Of a stretch of DNA of 64,000 nt, positions 27,279 to 37,160 are shown piece by piece. The notes beneath the pieces were generated by a model. That model saw only the letters and a program-made list of their open reading frames with translations, was not told the DNA's origin and did no database searches. The stretch is taken from positions 64,001 through 128,000 of the IMG/VR virus record IMGVR_UViG_3300035681_000001; one strand, written 5' to 3'. The DNA is from a virus. The translations under genes were made by a program, and so were the position numbers. Position 1 is the first letter of the stretch. The number at the start of each line of letters is the position of its first letter.

Positions 27279-29209
27279 CAGAAAGGACTTAACAGTGCTA
27301 ATTCAGTGTAATAACCTTCTTCTGCGTCGTTATATAGGTGAGTAATACCCTCTACACGCCACACGTTTTCGGGAGCTGGTACAAACTGCAAAAGGTTGGC
27401 TTCATCCTTAGGCTCTTGTCTGCTAAACGATAAATTACAAAGCTGCTTAGCACCCGTGGTGTTGCCATCCACTTTAACCTCTAGCGGTTTTTTTAAAACT
27501 TCAGGGCCTTCTATAGCTATATTTCCTTTACCATCGGTGTCCTTTATTTGTTGGTCGATGCTGCTATCTATAGCCACAAAAGCATTTACTTGATTCACTA
27601 ACAGCCGACGCTCTTCTTTTAGTCGTTCAGGCTTTTGCGGATCAAACGGTACCCAAGTAGAGCCAGCAATTTGTATGGCTTCACCTGGGGCAAAAGAAGG
27701 GTCACCTACCAACTTACAACTAGCTGCTCTTAAATCCTTAGCTAGCTGCCGAGCGTACTTAATAGCTAAAGCCCCTACAGAAACCGCATCAGTAGCTGAA
27801 GGGTCTACTACTGTATAGTAAGTAGCTGGGTGGGGAATAGGGTTACCTTGATCTTGCAGCACCGGTGGTACTGAGAGTAAATGAGTAGCTAGGGTATTAC
27901 TCGAAGTGCCGTCTTTTTGGTTAGTAACGATAATATTAGTCCTTAAGCCAATAGCAGACCGTTCTTCACGGTAGCTTAAACACATCTGCCTAAGATCAGG
28001 CACTACACCATTAGGGTACATCCGGTAGTAGTAAACCCGATTGAACCTCAAAGGATCGTCAAAACCAGTAACGTCCGTACCTCTATTTACATACCAATAT
28101 TCACCTGACCGGTGATCAGCAAACATTTCTGTAGGCCAAGGCTCTTGGTTAGACAAGTACTTAATAAACTCAATAGGCACTCGCTCAGAAACCTGAAAAT
28201 TAGAAGTTATAGATCCGGGTTCATATGCTTTACGCCCACTCAAGATATTAAACTTCAGTCCAGGATAAGGTAACCGGCCGTTCTTAGTACTAGCACCTAA
28301 CAACCCCACCCACTCAGACTTAGAATCATACTTAGAATAAGCTTTCAAAGAATCATCAGGATCAGTTTGATTACGTTCAGCAGTTGACTTTAAATTACCT
28401 TCAATACCTACTCCTCGTACAAAGCTGCAAGGCCCACTTATTTCCTTATCATTAACTACAGCAGTAGAATCACGTAAGTCTCCTACAGCCCGTCGAGCTA
28501 TAGCCAGAATCACAGCTGATCTAGTAAGAGGGCCGGTGGTCTGAACACCTTCTTTTGAACCAAATGTTTCTGCTAAACCAGATGAAGTACTACCAGCAAC
28601 ACGGGTATTATCATCAGAATTGTAAGTACCTAATGAATCCATCAAGTACTTCATTCGGTCCCTAACCTGAATAAGCAGGTTTGTACCGTTACGGTTAGTA
28701 CCAGTAACAGTAATAGTATCCACGCCACCTACAAAAACCCTTAGCAGTCGGTTTTGTTCTATATCTTTTTCTGTAACAGGCCGTAAAGTATCAATGTAAC
28801 CTAAGTAAATGCAGATTTCTACAGTAGGCCTTAATGGTATTTGGTAGTTTACAGCAGCAGGCGCTTGAGCCGTACTAGCAACCGCACCTTTAGCCGTAAC
28901 TACACTTCGGTTAGCAAAACCCGCTATACCCTTAGCTGCTCGGATCGAAGGGAAACCACTCCCTAAATCGTCAGCATTAATGGTGCACTGCACTATAGCA
29001 GTACTAGAGCTCCAAAAACGATTAACGGTAACTTTGGCTTTGGTAACCAACCACTTAGTAACCCCTACAGGTTCCATATTCCTGATAAGGATCTTGCCTG
29101 CTATATCCGTAATTACACAAACAGGTATATAACCGTTGCCCTTCATGTGGCAGTTATCTCCCAACTTAGCGTCATAAGCCGGAGCCATTAAGCGTTGGGT
29201 AGCGACCAC
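27278..29209 (-). CDS. Baseplate hub (gp27/gpD-like); true start may be ATG 29188
   Basis: C-terminal ASCKLVGDPSFAPGEAIQI...WRVEGITHLY...GYYTELAL; follows the tail tube gene. Confidence 0.7.
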   Translation of the reverse strand: MVATQRLMAPAYDAKLGDNCHMKGNGYIPVCVITDIAGKILIRNMEPVGVTKWLVTKAKVTVNRFWSSSTAIVQCTINADDLGSGFPSIRAAKGIAGFANRSVVTAKGAVASTAQAPAAVNYQIPLRPTVEICIYLGYIDTLRPVTEKDIEQNRLLRVFVGGVDTITVTGTNRNGTNLLIQVRDRMKYLMDSLGTYNSDDNTRVAGSTSSGLAETFGSKEGVQTTGPLTRSAVILAIARRAVGDLRDSTAVVNDKEISGPCSFVRGVGIEGNLKSTAERNQTDPDDSLKAYSKYDSKSEWVGLLGASTKNGRLPYPGLKFNILSGRKAYEPGSITSNFQVSERVPIEFIKYLSNQEPWPTEMFADHRSGEYWYVNRGTDVTGFDDPLRFNRVYYYRMYPNGVVPDLRQMCLSYREERSAIGLRTNIIVTNQKDGTSSNTLATHLLSVPPVLQDQGNPIPHPATYYTVVDPSATDAVSVGALAIKYARQLAKDLRAASCKLVGDPSFAPGEAIQIAGSTWVPFDPQKPERLKEERRLLVNQVNAFVAIDSSIDQQIKDTDGKGNIAIEGPEVLKKPLEVKVDGNTTGAKQLCNLSFSRQEPKDEANLLQFVPAPENVWRVEGITHLYNDAEEGYYTELALLSPF

Positions 29210-29238
29210 AAAAAAAGCTGCAGGGTTAACTGCAGCTT
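29210..29238 (-). terminator. Intrinsic terminator after the tail tube gene
   Basis: Minus strand reads AAGCTGCAG-TTAACC-CTGCAGCTT followed by further T residues (T7 in total). Confidence 0.75.
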
Positions 29239-29265
29239 AGCTTATTTCACTTACCTAAGTGGTAA

Positions 29266-29988
29266 CTAGTTAGTAAAATAGCTAGACCAATCAACCAAAG
29301 CGTTACTGTTTGAGGTAACACCTAAAGAAGGAATGTTTGCGTAAGTTCGGTTGGGATCAGCCGTAACACCAGGAGTAGCACCGGCCCTGGAAAAATTATT
29401 ACCAGTGTTTAGGATGTTCTCATAGTGGTAACCTTCACACAACCCCTCAATACGAGTAGCAATAACTGACCTACCAGCCATTACACCAATAGTAACTGAG
29501 TCAGGCTTACAATTTTGCAGGTGGTACCGACCGGTTGTTTCCCGAGTGGAATGCAGCGGACGATTAGCTCCTGTTAGGTATTCACCAGTACGAGTGGCAT
29601 TAGAATTAGAGATCCCGTTAGCTTGTTCAGTACTCAGGTTAGGAGCGTAGACTTCAAAAGTAAGTTGAAGTCTAGGGCTGCGATCAGGCCGCATCTCACG
29701 ACCCATACTAGAAAAACCAAAGACATCCTGCATGATTGCAGTGTCAACCATGCCTCGTTCCAGAACCCAACCAAACTGGAATTCACCGTCTAGTAAACGG
29801 GGAATACGTTGGTTCATTTCCATATACGGTTCGGTAGCATTCCGAATTGTTAGCTGAAAACTAGCAAAACGGCCTACCAGCACTTGTCGACCAGTAGCTT
29901 GATCTAACGCGAATACGTCAGCATCAAAACCCTGCATCGGGTCAAGAATAGCGTTATTCGTAACAGTCCTATTTAAGGGTTGTGTCAT
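29266..29988 (-). CDS. Tail tube protein
   Basis: Directly after the sheath gene; GRFASFQLTIRNATEPYMEMNQRIPRLLDGEFQFGWVLERGMVD. Confidence 0.8.
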   Translation of the reverse strand: MTQPLNRTVTNNAILDPMQGFDADVFALDQATGRQVLVGRFASFQLTIRNATEPYMEMNQRIPRLLDGEFQFGWVLERGMVDTAIMQDVFGFSSMGREMRPDRSPRLQLTFEVYAPNLSTEQANGISNSNATRTGEYLTGANRPLHSTRETTGRYHLQNCKPDSVTIGVMAGRSVIATRIEGLCEGYHYENILNTGNNFSRAGATPGVTADPNRTYANIPSLGVTSNSNALVDWSSYFTN

Positions 29989-29998
29989 CTAAAGTACC

Positions 29999-32900
29999 TC
30001 AGAAACCTATAGTGGAACCTACATCTACCGAGAAGGTTTCTGAAAGGTCTCTGATAACGTTGACCTTAAAGAAATCTGCAGGGAAAACGGGTGTTACTCT
30101 AATGGTAATGTAAACCTTACCTGAAATCATATCAGACTCAGAGTTGTTCTCTGGTCCACAAATAGTAGGAGCAACTCGAATAAAATCACCATCTCGCAGG
30201 CCAGTAGCTAACCGAGCATTTACAGCTGCAGAAATACGGCGCTGCAGTTCACGAGTATTAGGCTCTGATCTTACCCACTGAAGAGCAAAGTAAAGATCAG
30301 CCATCAGTTGGTCCATAATGCGACGAACTGAACCATACCGCTTGTTGGTATCACTAGAAGTAGTAACACCATTCAGGAACTTAAAGGCCCGAATACCTGA
30401 GTCATAAATCAAAGCTTCTGCATGTCCGGCAGAAATAGTTTCCAGGTACTCACTAGTAGACTTAGTGTCTACTGAAACCACGTTAGGAACTACTACTGAA
30501 CCAGAAGTAGAAGCCAGAGAAATACGGGGCGGTCGGATAGCCATCAAAGCAGCCGCCTTGAGAGAAGAACCTACCCGAGGGTAAAGGTTACCATCTAGTG
30601 CCCTAGAAGTAGCATGACCTACTGTTAGTAGAACACGCTCAGAATCTAAACCAGTAGCCAACGCAGCAGCTTGACGAGCAGGCAAACCTGGAGCTGGTTC
30701 AAAAATACCTAACCGCAAACCTAACTGAACAGTAGCTGATTCGATGTCTGCTTTTATCCGAGTAAAAACTTCATCAAAATAACCATCTCCGTAGGTCAAA
30801 CCAGGTAGCGTTACAAAAGCTACGTCTTCGTTAGCCAGCTGCTCTGCAGCAGCCAAAAAGCCTCGCTTACGTGCTTCTACAGAAGAAAAAGTAGTAGGGA
30901 AATAGTCACTAGCTCCAGTAAGAGGAACTGAGCGAATAAAAGCCCCAGCCTGAGCAGAAACTGAAGTAGTACCAGTATTAAAAATAGAAGACTGCTGTCC
31001 CAACGGTGGTGCTTGACGCAGCGGCTGCAGCAGATAAGTATCAGCAGTGGGACTAGTACCTACAGCAGCCTCCAAAACAGGAATAAAATAAGCCCTGATC
31101 AATGAGGAATTAGCAGTAGCTAAGTAAACACCATTGCTGTCTAGATCACTGTTTGACAACCGATAGCTTTCAGGAGCACTACCGTTAACGTTGCTATCTA
31201 CTACTGAAAGATCAAACTGAGCGGCAGTAGCTGAAGTGGTCCCAGGCGTAATGGTAACCTGAATAGAATTACCATAAACACCAGGGCTAAGAGCTTGAAC
31301 TCTTAGCAAAGGACGCCCGTTAAGAGCGTAGAAATCCCGATAAGCAAAAGTAGGACCTTCAAAACCGTTTTGAAAAGCCGAGTAGACTCCATAGCTAGCA
31401 ACACCAAAAGCGGTGTCTGTAGCACCTTTAAACAAAATGTCTAGTGCAGAACTGGCAGTACCTACCGCGTAGCGTACTACTCGGTAGTAAATCCGGTTAG
31501 CTTCTATACCAATTAGCTTAGAAGTAAGTGTGAAAGAATAAGGAGGAACCAGCAGGTTGGATTCTGCATCAGCTACTAGAGAATTAAAAACAGCGTTGCT
31601 GTTAATAGCTGTTTCTAAGGAGCGCAAGATAGTAGCTGCCGAAGTACCAGCAGTAAAAGCACCTGCACCACTAGCAGTAGTAGAACCTACCGTAAGAGCT
31701 GAACGGGCAAAAGAAACAGAAAAGTGTCCGCCTTTAATCAAGGCAATAGAAGATTGAGAATCAGCACCAAACTGAATCTGCAAACCTTCATCAGTACCTG
31801 TACCAAAGTTCTCCAGCGGCAACACCGTCGCGGCTAATAACCCAGCAGAAGGAGCTGTTAGATACCCAAATCGACGGTAAGTGCCACCACCATCAACAGG
31901 TAACACTACATAAGCATCAATCGGATAAGTACTGACCGTGTCGGTGTAGCTAACACCCGAAATCGAATAGTAAGTGTTGCCAGCTGTATAAGCAGTAATT
32001 GAACTAGAGTCAATAGCTTCGTAAGCATAACCAAGGATGTAGTTACCTTTGTTAGGGTTAAAGACAGCCATACCATTTACGGTAGTAGCTGTGGTAGCCG
32101 TTACGTTACGAACTACATAAGCATCTTTGGTAGCTGAATGGTTAATAACCGGGGAGGTTACTAGGAGTTCAGTAACAGTATTAGCTGTACCGGTACCACT
32201 ACCCACACCAGTAGCAGTAAAGATAGTACCTACAGTATTAGCGGCAGCACCTATCAGAGTAAAGTTGGTGCTACCTACACTAACAATCTCGTAACTGGTT
32301 CCTACCACAAAGGAAGCGGCCGTTACGGAAGAACCTACTAACCGCAGAGAATAACCAGGGCGAATAAACGGCTTAACTACTGAGTAGTTATGACCCGTAG
32401 AGTCTGCTTTATCCAACAGCACGTATTGATAAGCATCAATAGCCGCTGCAGCTGTTTCTACCTTTACTACGTTAGTAGCAGTAGAAACTGCAGTGGTACG
32501 TGTGCCGGCGTCTACGTAATCAGTAACGTGCAGCTGCAAGTTAGCTCGACCGTTAAGAGTCGAGTGATTAACCTTAGTAACAGCACTTTTTACACGTTCG
32601 TTTAGGTCCCTGCGAACCAAAGCAGAAGAAACGTAATTAAGCTCTACTGCTAACCCCACAGTGTAGTTAGTAGTATCAGGCAGCACAGAGGTGCTAGGGC
32701 TAACACTTTCATAACCCACTACAGGCTCTAGGTCCGGATTACCTGCACCTAGATAAAAAGTAGCAGAACCGGCGGTAGACTGCGGAACAGCTCGGGCAAT
32801 GGTGAAATTAGTAGCTCCTAGGACTAGAGCATCTTGAATTTCTAAAGAAGCTGCAGAAGTACTTTCACCGTAAAGACGTACGATTTCCTCCCTAGAAGAA

Positions 32901-33034
32901 ACTTGACGCGGCTCTACAGGGCCTCGGGGAAACTCACCAATCACACCAATACGATCGCGCCACGGCCTAGTTTGTGGAGTAGGCCCGATGATTGATTCGG
33001 TGAAAGAAATATTAGGGTAGCTGAGATCTGCCAT
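29999..33034 (-). CDS. Tail sheath protein with large insertion domains
   Basis: N-terminal YPNISFTE...IGVIGEFPRGPV; C-terminal SVRRIMD...QWVRSEPNT...CGPENNSESDMISGKVYITIRVTPVFPADF. Confidence 0.92.
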   Translation of the reverse strand: MADLSYPNISFTESIIGPTPQTRPWRDRIGVIGEFPRGPVEPRQVSSREEIVRLYGESTSAASLEIQDALVLGATNFTIARAVPQSTAGSATFYLGAGNPDLEPVVGYESVSPSTSVLPDTTNYTVGLAVELNYVSSALVRRDLNERVKSAVTKVNHSTLNGRANLQLHVTDYVDAGTRTTAVSTATNVVKVETAAAAIDAYQYVLLDKADSTGHNYSVVKPFIRPGYSLRLVGSSVTAASFVVGTSYEIVSVGSTNFTLIGAAANTVGTIFTATGVGSGTGTANTVTELLVTSPVINHSATKDAYVVRNVTATTATTVNGMAVFNPNKGNYILGYAYEAIDSSSITAYTAGNTYYSISGVSYTDTVSTYPIDAYVVLPVDGGGTYRRFGYLTAPSAGLLAATVLPLENFGTGTDEGLQIQFGADSQSSIALIKGGHFSVSFARSALTVGSTTASGAGAFTAGTSAATILRSLETAINSNAVFNSLVADAESNLLVPPYSFTLTSKLIGIEANRIYYRVVRYAVGTASSALDILFKGATDTAFGVASYGVYSAFQNGFEGPTFAYRDFYALNGRPLLRVQALSPGVYGNSIQVTITPGTTSATAAQFDLSVVDSNVNGSAPESYRLSNSDLDSNGVYLATANSSLIRAYFIPVLEAAVGTSPTADTYLLQPLRQAPPLGQQSSIFNTGTTSVSAQAGAFIRSVPLTGASDYFPTTFSSVEARKRGFLAAAEQLANEDVAFVTLPGLTYGDGYFDEVFTRIKADIESATVQLGLRLGIFEPAPGLPARQAAALATGLDSERVLLTVGHATSRALDGNLYPRVGSSLKAAALMAIRPPRISLASTSGSVVVPNVVSVDTKSTSEYLETISAGHAEALIYDSGIRAFKFLNGVTTSSDTNKRYGSVRRIMDQLMADLYFALQWVRSEPNTRELQRRISAAVNARLATGLRDGDFIRVAPTICGPENNSESDMISGKVYITIRVTPVFPADFFKVNVIRDLSETFSVDVGSTIGF

Positions 33035-33125
33035 GGGCTTTCCTAGAAAGGACGTACTACGAGTTCAATGGTCAGTAAGACCCTGTCTATAAAAATACTA
33101 CGTGGGTTAAGCAAAAAGACAAATC

Positions 33126-33953
33126 TTATTTGCTGTCCTCTGTAATTATCACTTGTGGAACAGGAAAAGTATAAGGACTATCTGGCAGTGCACTAGTGCC
33201 TGAGTTGTTTAGTCCAGGTTCTTGGATGTCGTACTCAATGCACATATAAGCTGTATGAAAAACCACGTTGGATCCTTCTCGGATCCAATTACTGGTGGGG
33301 TAGTCAACGTAAAGGATATTAGGGTTACGGTGGTAAAAAGGATGCAATATAGGAATGTTTCGGATCACAAAACGTAATAACGGCATGTAATCACGTAGGA
33401 TCTCTTCACCTGGTAAGATTTGTACGTTCAGTACAGACTGTTCTGTTTGAAAGTAAACTCGATCAGGCAGCAAAGACTGCTGAGGCTCATCAGTAATCTG
33501 AACCAACTCACCGTGAGGGATGTTAGTAGTGAGGTCTGTTTGGCTTACTAAGTCAGACTTTATTTGTATAGGTGCGTTAAATACTGTGTCTTGGTAGTAA
33601 AGCTGAACTATGAGCCGTATTGTAGCTGCGACTGCAGCTTGACCTACAGCGCCTATTTGAGCAGACTTATGCTTTTCATCAAAATGCATAGATTTATCTG
33701 CTATCAACCGAGAATAAACCCCACTGCTCAGTTTATAACCTGAATGGTAAGGAAAAACAGACAGCGTCAGTCCAGGTTCTATTAGCTCTAAACCACCAAA
33801 CAACCTCCAATTTTGAATTAGTACCTGACTAGTAGGCGTAGCCTCGTTTACTATTGCCGGGTAGTAAATACCGGGGTTTTTAATCAAAGGGTGAGTAGCT
33901 ATAGCGTTAAGCAAAGCCCGACAAAGCTGCCGCTCGCTGGCATAAAGACTCAT
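33126..33953 (-). CDS. Putative tail terminator/neck protein
   Basis: 275 aa immediately before the sheath gene; assigned by position. Confidence 0.5.
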   Translation of the reverse strand: MSLYASERQLCRALLNAIATHPLIKNPGIYYPAIVNEATPTSQVLIQNWRLFGGLELIEPGLTLSVFPYHSGYKLSSGVYSRLIADKSMHFDEKHKSAQIGAVGQAAVAATIRLIVQLYYQDTVFNAPIQIKSDLVSQTDLTTNIPHGELVQITDEPQQSLLPDRVYFQTEQSVLNVQILPGEEILRDYMPLLRFVIRNIPILHPFYHRNPNILYVDYPTSNWIREGSNVVFHTAYMCIEYDIQEPGLNNSGTSALPDSPYTFPVPQVIITEDSK

Positions 33954-35626
33954 AAGTAAAAAGGATCTTCTATGGACTTAGACTCATCTAAAATAGACTG
34001 CCACAACCTGGGGGTCGGTCTTTTTACTACGTAGGCTTGTTCTTTTTTTAATACGCCGTCTACTACACCACCAGTACCGTTCAAAGGATTTTTGACTCTT
34101 ATAGATTTAGGGTTGCTGGAGTACAAAGTAAGATCCCTCATACGGTTACCAGTAGCAGTTTCTATGTCTGCTGGTACTTCTAGTATATCTAGCACTACGT
34201 GAGTAATAACCGTAGAATTACTCCACGCTATGAGTTCTACAGCAGACGTAGGTCCGGCTGCAGTAGGAGGATCATTACGTATTAAGGCTCCGGTCACCCT
34301 AGTGTTTACATTTAGCTCAGCTAGTGCGTTGAGTAATGCTAAGGATACTTGTGAATACCTATCAGCATCTAAAGCAGCTTGTGCTTCTGGGTCTGTGTCG
34401 TACAACCTAGGAATGTCTACAGTAACCTCAGTGGCTAATTCAGCTGCACTCAACGTAGGCTGCCAAGGTTGTACCCTAAAACGCAGGTGAGCTAAATCTT
34501 CTGGTACTGTAGGTTCTTTAGAAAGTACATTCCTAAAGTAAACCACCACGGGGTCGTAGTTTTCAGCTATAGAACTAGCACTACTGAGTTTGTTGTACCG
34601 CAGCACTACCATACTGCCGTTAACCGGATAAGTATTAAGTGAGCTGCCATGGTTACCCCAAATAAAAGGTGACCGGTTTACAGGCCAATCAGGAGTAGTA
34701 TCGGGCCCTGTTAACAGTAGGATTTCAACTTTAAGGTTTATTGAGTAAGCCAGCATCCCAGGCTGCGGGTTACGTGGGTAAAAGACTAGTTGGTGGTACT
34801 GAGTAGCATTAGGGTTAATAGGATTTGTTAAGTAAGGACCAGAAAGGTCAGCCGCAGCTAGTAAAGCAGTATCTGGGTTCAAAACAATCTGAGAGTTCAT
34901 ATCGTCCGCTACTGCGTTGACTATCTGCCACGTACTAACACTACCTGTGTAGTCAGCTACCCTAGACCAACTATTAGAAACCCCAGGAACCTGCCACTCA
35001 ACCCGTAAAGTTTTACCATTAGGGATGATTAAGTCTTTAGGTTCAAAGTAAAAGCCTACTGGTAAGTCTTGCTCTGATTCAGCTGGAGTCTGTACCGCGG
35101 ACTCAGACAGCTGGTAAGTTTCTACTATACGATCTAAATCGGCTAGAGCGTTTTTCTCAATTATCTGAGCATGTTCTGCTTGTTCTTTAACCTGCGACAG
35201 CTGAGCTATCAAAGTGGCGGCAGTTAAAGCAGCAGCTACACGCCTAATACCATCACTAAACAAATTACGGTTAGCTAAGCCGGTACCAGTAGGAGCTCGG
35301 GCAGCATCATTAAACATTATTTCTTTAACTGCTGCTAAACCGCCAAAAAGAGGAAAGTTATCTTTCCTTCGTTTGGCAGCAGCCAGAATCAAAGCTATTC
35401 GAGGGTCAGCTTGGCTGGTAATTATATTAAAGATTTCTAGAGTAGTCCTTCTTTGCAAAAGCAAAGAATAGGCCCGGACCATCCGGGCCATATCAGCTAA
35501 GTCTTGAGACTCTGCTTCTAAATCAGCATCAGTTAAAGACTGAGCATCAACTGCAGGCGTACCACTACCTACTCCATCAGCTGCTGGGTAAGAAAAACGA
35601 TCAGCAAAGCTAAAAGTGGTAGCCAT
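33950..35626 (-). CDS. Putative head-tail adaptor (Mu gp36-like N-terminal half) with C-terminal extension
   Basis: IRRVAAALTAATL...EKNALADLDRI helical pattern and position after the capsid genes. Confidence 0.5.
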   Translation of the reverse strand: MATTFSFADRFSYPAADGVGSGTPAVDAQSLTDADLEAESQDLADMARMVRAYSLLLQRRTTLEIFNIITSQADPRIALILAAAKRRKDNFPLFGGLAAVKEIMFNDAARAPTGTGLANRNLFSDGIRRVAAALTAATLIAQLSQVKEQAEHAQIIEKNALADLDRIVETYQLSESAVQTPAESEQDLPVGFYFEPKDLIIPNGKTLRVEWQVPGVSNSWSRVADYTGSVSTWQIVNAVADDMNSQIVLNPDTALLAAADLSGPYLTNPINPNATQYHQLVFYPRNPQPGMLAYSINLKVEILLLTGPDTTPDWPVNRSPFIWGNHGSSLNTYPVNGSMVVLRYNKLSSASSIAENYDPVVVYFRNVLSKEPTVPEDLAHLRFRVQPWQPTLSAAELATEVTVDIPRLYDTDPEAQAALDADRYSQVSLALLNALAELNVNTRVTGALIRNDPPTAAGPTSAVELIAWSNSTVITHVVLDILEVPADIETATGNRMRDLTLYSSNPKSIRVKNPLNGTGGVVDGVLKKEQAYVVKRPTPRLWQSILDESKSIEDPFYL

Positions 35627-35636
35627 AAACCCTCAG

Positions 35637-36092
35637 TTATTTGTCAGTAACTTCGACTGAAGCCCCAGAATCTTTAGTAACCTTAGCTTTAGTCTTAGGT
35701 TTAGGAGCTGCTGTCAGTGCGTTAAGTAAAACTTCACCATCAGCAGCATTTTGTTTGTAAATGTCCTCAATAGGAGCTACTGTATTAGCCGCTAGAGTGC
35801 CATCGGTTTCGACAGTTTCTGCCGGTGGGACATACACCCCGTCTTCTTTAGAAGGTACCGTAGGCAATGTCCCGTCCGAGAAAAAACCACCAGGAACAGA
35901 CTGCTCTTGAATAGCAGGTGCTGATTCTTCTTCTAGGTGCTCAATAACGATAAATTTGTCACTGTACGGACCAGCCAGAACGGTAGCCCCATCTTCATTA
36001 GAAAGAAAGGGCCGATCGCCTGCTTCTACCTTATAGCTACGACCCGATACGAAAATCGTACACGGAGCTAGAGCTTTAAGACGATAAGACAT
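35637..36092 (-). CDS. Small head-region protein
   Basis: ORF between head and neck genes; ATG 36092 preferred over TTG 36098. Confidence 0.6.
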   Translation of the reverse strand: MSYRLKALAPCTIFVSGRSYKVEAGDRPFLSNEDGATVLAGPYSDKFIVIEHLEEESAPAIQEQSVPGGFFSDGTLPTVPSKEDGVYVPPAETVETDGTLAANTVAPIEDIYKQNAADGEVLLNALTAAPKPKTKAKVTKDSGASVEVTDK

Positions 36093-36120
36093 GTTCAATT
36101 AGCAGGGTTAAAAAACAGAT

Positions 36121-37128
36121 TTACGGATTAGTCAGATTACCAGTAGCATTCAGCACACTACGAGCGGGCGAGAGCACGTAAATATTAGCTGCCGTTACCG
36201 GAGTGATGTTTACGGTCTTGGTACCCGTAGTACCTGTATAAGCAGCACCCAAAGTAATAACACCTGTGCTGGAGTTATAACCAGTAGCAGCTAACGTAGC
36301 ACTGTCAATTTGCAGCAAGTTAGTATTAGTAACAGAAGCTGCAAGGTCAGCCATAGTAGCCCGACTAGCTGCAGCAACAGTAACTGAAGTACTACCGTTA
36401 GTAAACGTAGCAGTTATAGCTTCAGGCAACACGTGGTAGTAAATGCTAGCAGTTACCAGCTCCAAAGAAGCAGAATCCCGCAGCAGCGCTTTAGAATTAG
36501 AAGAAACGTACGGGGGGTACTGATTCTCAATATAAATACGCTTTTCTACTTGCTCTACGGTAAAGTTAGCCGAGGCAACTTTAGCGATGTTTTCACCGCC
36601 CCAAGTACGGTTTTTACCAGACTGGGCAGGGCTAGCAGGAGCTTCGAACGAAGGGTCAATAGCACTCCAAGCTGTACCGTCATAACGGTAAAAAGCGGTG
36701 GCGGAGAAGTACTCACTGTAGTCAACAACTGAACAATAAGCATCACCTGCAGCTACTGCATCGCCGTTCAAACGAGTAGTAGGAGCCGAACCACCCAACA
36801 CTACTGGAATTAGTGCACGGGTAGGATTAAGGTAAACCCTACGGTTAGTAAAACCATCAGGAGCGCTAGTGGAAGGTGCTACGGACACGTTAACGCTGCT
36901 ACCCAAAGTAGCAAGCTGACCATCAAGGTAAGCAGTACCTGCTGAAAAACTTACGGTAACTGCTTGAGGGGTAGCTGAAGGGGCAGTAGCTACTAAGGAC
37001 CAACTAGCTACTAGACCAGAGTTAACAGAAGAATAGGGGTAATAAGAAAGACCACCCTGACGACCAGTAGGGTAAAGGTCCTTCCAAAACCTGAAGCCGG
37101 GAGCGCCGGTAATAGGAACAGTAGGCAT
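36121..37128 (-). CDS. Putative capsid decoration/fibre protein
   Basis: 335 aa, Thr/Ala/Ser-rich, directly after the major capsid gene, with a GGAG RBS. Confidence 0.55.
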   Translation of the reverse strand: MPTVPITGAPGFRFWKDLYPTGRQGGLSYYPYSSVNSGLVASWSLVATAPSATPQAVTVSFSAGTAYLDGQLATLGSSVNVSVAPSTSAPDGFTNRRVYLNPTRALIPVVLGGSAPTTRLNGDAVAAGDAYCSVVDYSEYFSATAFYRYDGTAWSAIDPSFEAPASPAQSGKNRTWGGENIAKVASANFTVEQVEKRIYIENQYPPYVSSNSKALLRDSASLELVTASIYYHVLPEAITATFTNGSTSVTVAAASRATMADLAASVTNTNLLQIDSATLAATGYNSSTGVITLGAAYTGTTGTKTVNITPVTAANIYVLSPARSVLNATGNLTNP

Positions 37129-37160
37129 CTAGAGTCTCCGTAAAAGGTCAGGTTAAATGA

